NCBI GenBank assembly: GCA_963730605.1 | Contig: CAVSSM010000002.1 | Coordinates: forward strand, 384,001 to 448,000 | DNA from: an uncultured Chlamydiae bacterium | Lineage (GTDB): Bacteria; Chlamydiota; Chlamydiia; Chlamydiales; SM23-39 | DNA length: 64,000 nucleotides | Reading direction: 5' to 3' | Shown here: positions 61,431-64,000 of the stretch, in pieces | How positions within the stretch are numbered: position 1 is the first letter of the stretch | Layout: each line of letters begins with the position of its first letter | Notes under the pieces: generated by a model | Seen by the model: the letters and a program-made list of their open reading frames with translations, nothing else | Database searches by the model: none | Told to the model about the DNA's origin: nothing | Position numbers and translations under genes: made by a program

Positions 61431-62849
61431 GTGATAGATCTGGCGCTCGCTTTAAAATCGGTCACTCTCCTCCTCGGGTTCTACATGGCCTGGAACATCG
61501 GCGCCAATGATGTGGCCAATGCGATGGGAACCTCGGTCGGATCGAGAGCCCTTTCCTTAAAAAAGGCCGTGTTCCTCGCCGCGATTCTCGAATTTTCCGG
61601 AGCTTTTTTCGTCGGCTCGAGCGTTTCCGAGACGATCCAGAAAGGGATCATCGACCCTGCGATTTTCCATGCCGATCCGCAAGTCTTCGTCCTCGGGATG
61701 ATGGGCTCGCTTCTTGCGACGGGGATCCTTCTCCAATTTGCTTCCTATTTCGGCCTCCCCGTCTCAACGACACATGCCATTGTCGGAGCCGTTCTCGGTT
61801 TCGGGGCCATGGTCGGGGGGGTTGACGCGATCTATTGGGCTGAGGTTGGCTGGATCATTGCAAGCTGGATCCTCTCCCCTCTTTTGAGCGGGATTGCCGC
61901 CTATCTCATTTTCCTCCTCATCCAAAAAAAAATCCTCTTCGCCCTAAATCCCATCGAAGCAGCGCGTTGGCTCGCGCCGTTTTTCGTATTCATGTGCTTC
62001 ATTGTAGTTTCTTTGAGCATCTGCGGAAACGAACAGATTCTTGGACCTATCGATTTCGCCGAAGCCTTTTCGATCTCCTGCTGTTTCAGCTTTGCCGCCG
62101 CCCTTTTGAGTTACAGAGTTTTCAGAAGCCGCCCTCCCCCTTCTACTCTGTTGCCCTCCAGTTTCCATCCAGCCCAAGCCGTGAGCCTTGAAAAAGCGCT
62201 CCACCATATGCAACGGGTCCATCTTTCCAATCGCAGCGCCGATTATGCGGCCCGGATCTCCCGCATCTTGAATGACGTCCGAACTCTTAGCGATGATGTA
62301 AAAAAAGAAGCCCCTTTTCATGACTCGACCGCGCAATACTACGGCGTGGAAAAAACTTTCGTATTTCTCCAAATCCTGAGCGCATGCCTCGTCGCTTTCG
62401 CCCATGGCGCAAATGATGTCGCCAACGCGATCGGCCCCGTCGCCGCTGTCCTGGAAGTCCTCAAGACGAACGCCTTTTCTTCTTATTCGGCCGTCCCGGC
62501 CTGGCTCCTCGCTTTGGGCGGCGCCGGGATCGTGATCGGTCTTGCGACCTGGGGATGGCGCGTGATTGAAACGATTGGCAGCAAGATCACAGAGCTGACA
62601 CCCACCCGCGGGTTTGCCGCTGAGTTCGGAGCGGCTTTCACGATCCTCTTCGCTTCGAAATTAGGCATGCCCATCTCTACGACGCATGCCCTTGTCGGCG
62701 CTGTCTTCGGCGTGGGGATGGCGCGCGGCCTGAAAGCTCTCAATCTTCAGACACTGAAAGAAATCGTCGTTTCTTGGGTCGTCACAATCCCCCTATGCGC
62801 GATCTTAAGCATCGTCCTCTTCTATCTCTTAAAGTGGCTGCTATTGTAG
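61431..62849 (+). CDS. Inorganic phosphate transporter PiT
   Basis: Two GANDVAN motifs and PVSTTH. Confidence 0.94.
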   Translation: MIDLALALKSVTLLLGFYMAWNIGANDVANAMGTSVGSRALSLKKAVFLAAILEFSGAFFVGSSVSETIQKGIIDPAIFHADPQVFVLGMMGSLLATGILLQFASYFGLPVSTTHAIVGAVLGFGAMVGGVDAIYWAEVGWIIASWILSPLLSGIAAYLIFLLIQKKILFALNPIEAARWLAPFFVFMCFIVVSLSICGNEQILGPIDFAEAFSISCCFSFAAALLSYRVFRSRPPPSTLLPSSFHPAQAVSLEKALHHMQRVHLSNRSADYAARISRILNDVRTLSDDVKKEAPFHDSTAQYYGVEKTFVFLQILSACLVAFAHGANDVANAIGPVAAVLEVLKTNAFSSYSAVPAWLLALGGAGIVIGLATWGWRVIETIGSKITELTPTRGFAAEFGAAFTILFASKLGMPISTTHALVGAVFGVGMARGLKALNLQTLKEIVVSWVVTIPLCAILSIVLFYLLKWLLL

Positions 62850-63650
62850 TAACCAGGAAGTGGCATCCCGGACCGCAGCCGCGGTTTGCGCCGCGCCTTC
62901 CGTGATGACACTATAAGCCGGAAGAATGAGCGACTGATAGGCGAACGAGCCCGATTTTTCGAGAGAGATTTTGAGCGCAGCCGTTGCCTGAATGATGCAC
63001 TGGCTCGCAGGCAATAACGCAGCCTTCCAGACCCAAAGGGACGCCGGGGCCAAAATAGACTGATAGACCCAATGAGCCGCTTTTACGACCTCCTCTAAGG
63101 CCGGCCCTATGACAGAACTCCAAGCCCAGATCGTAACATTTACCGTTAGTTCTGCCAAGAGCCGGAGCGAGTGGAAGGCGGCCTCGGCCGCCTTCGAGAT
63201 TCCTTCAAAGCCGGGAACGATGACAGAGGTCCAAACCCACTTCGCCAGAGTGGCGAGCGGCTGCTTTATGTAATGAAATAGGGCCTCAGCCACTGCTTTG
63301 ATCCCTTTCAAGGCCGGAGCGAGAATATATTCGTGATAAAGCGCCGCTCCCTTAGGAATCCCAACGGTGAGGATCCATTTGGGCACCACCCATGTGACCG
63401 TGTAAATGGGGACCGCTACGGATAAAAAGGCGCCTTTGCCCACAAAGACGAGCTTTTCTCCCGCAATGGTTGCCGCGCGCCCCACATGGCTCCACGCAGG
63501 CGTTGACAAAAGATGGGCGCCGCTAAGCTGTAAGAGCCTACCGCTTCCGGCCAGAGCGCCGGCGAAAAGCGTTATGCCCCCAACTCCTAATGCGATGTTC
63601 CTCAAAGTGAAAATGCGTCCCGGTTCCGAGAGGGAAGGTGCTGCAACCAT
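62841..63650 (-). CDS. Hypothetical hydrophobic protein with W..S.I.P repeats
   Basis: ORF with AAAGGAG RBS; start MVAAP. Confidence 0.7.
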   Translation of the reverse strand: MVAAPSLSEPGRIFTLRNIALGVGGITLFAGALAGSGRLLQLSGAHLLSTPAWSHVGRAATIAGEKLVFVGKGAFLSVAVPIYTVTWVVPKWILTVGIPKGAALYHEYILAPALKGIKAVAEALFHYIKQPLATLAKWVWTSVIVPGFEGISKAAEAAFHSLRLLAELTVNVTIWAWSSVIGPALEEVVKAAHWVYQSILAPASLWVWKAALLPASQCIIQATAALKISLEKSGSFAYQSLILPAYSVITEGAAQTAAAVRDATSWLLQ

Positions 63651-63874
63651 ATAAACCACTCCTTTTTTGATTCGCAATAGTAATAAACGCGACGAATAAA
63701 AACAAACAAAAAGAAATAATTTTTGCTCAAGAAAATTATTAAATAAATTAACTTCCATGCTTCAATAAAAATATTAAATTTCCCTTAAAAAATCTATACT
63801 CCTTTACTTTTATCATTAGCTCTTGCTAGGATGTCTGCATTGCAAAACGACCCTAAAACCCTAAGGAGGTTCAT

Positions 63875-64000
63875 ATGGCAATTACCCCAACAGGCAGCAT
63901 GACTGCCGCAAAATCGGCAGCAGTATCATGCTCCAACACAGCGTGCACATGGATCGCAAACACAGCAAGATCCGCTGGAAACGCTGTCAATGCAGGCGCA
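63875..64000 (+). CDS. Hypothetical protein, 5' part (runs off window)
   Basis: AAGGAGG RBS then ATG; open to the window end. Confidence 0.6.
   Translation, partial: MAITPTGSMTAAKSAAVSCSNTACTWIANTARSAGNAVNAGA

Overview
64 kb of an environmental Chlamydiae (Chlamydiota) chromosome. The assignment rests on the chlamydial 16S 5' signature AGAATTTGATCTTGGTTCAG, the rpsL-rpsG-fusA-rpsJ operon without tuf, and the nrdR-dksA-lspA and rodA/birA/nifU/nifS/gpmA/rluB gene orders. The window holds part of an rRNA operon, core housekeeping genes, tRNA-Ser(GGA) followed by three 137-bp tRNA-linked repeats, a solo tnpB, and an AT-rich, IS-riddled island (about 32.6-47.7 kb) ending at tRNA-Phe. Main points of interest: (1) a set of ~160-255 bp palindromic MITEs; two share a covarying structured core and sit in-frame inside genes (E2 acyltransferase linker, znuA signal peptide), and two others sit exactly at stop/ATG junctions and host nested insertions; (2) an AbiEii nucleotidyltransferase toxin that reads in-frame into ankyrin repeats once an ISAs1 and its 9-bp duplication are removed; (3) eukaryote-like effector candidates (UIM plus U-box-like protein, sterol-methyltransferase-like enzyme, IS-split caspase-like protease). 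Clustered frameshifts in icd, tnpB and the essential str operon are most likely long-read consensus errors. Products were assigned by eye from motifs; no searches were run.
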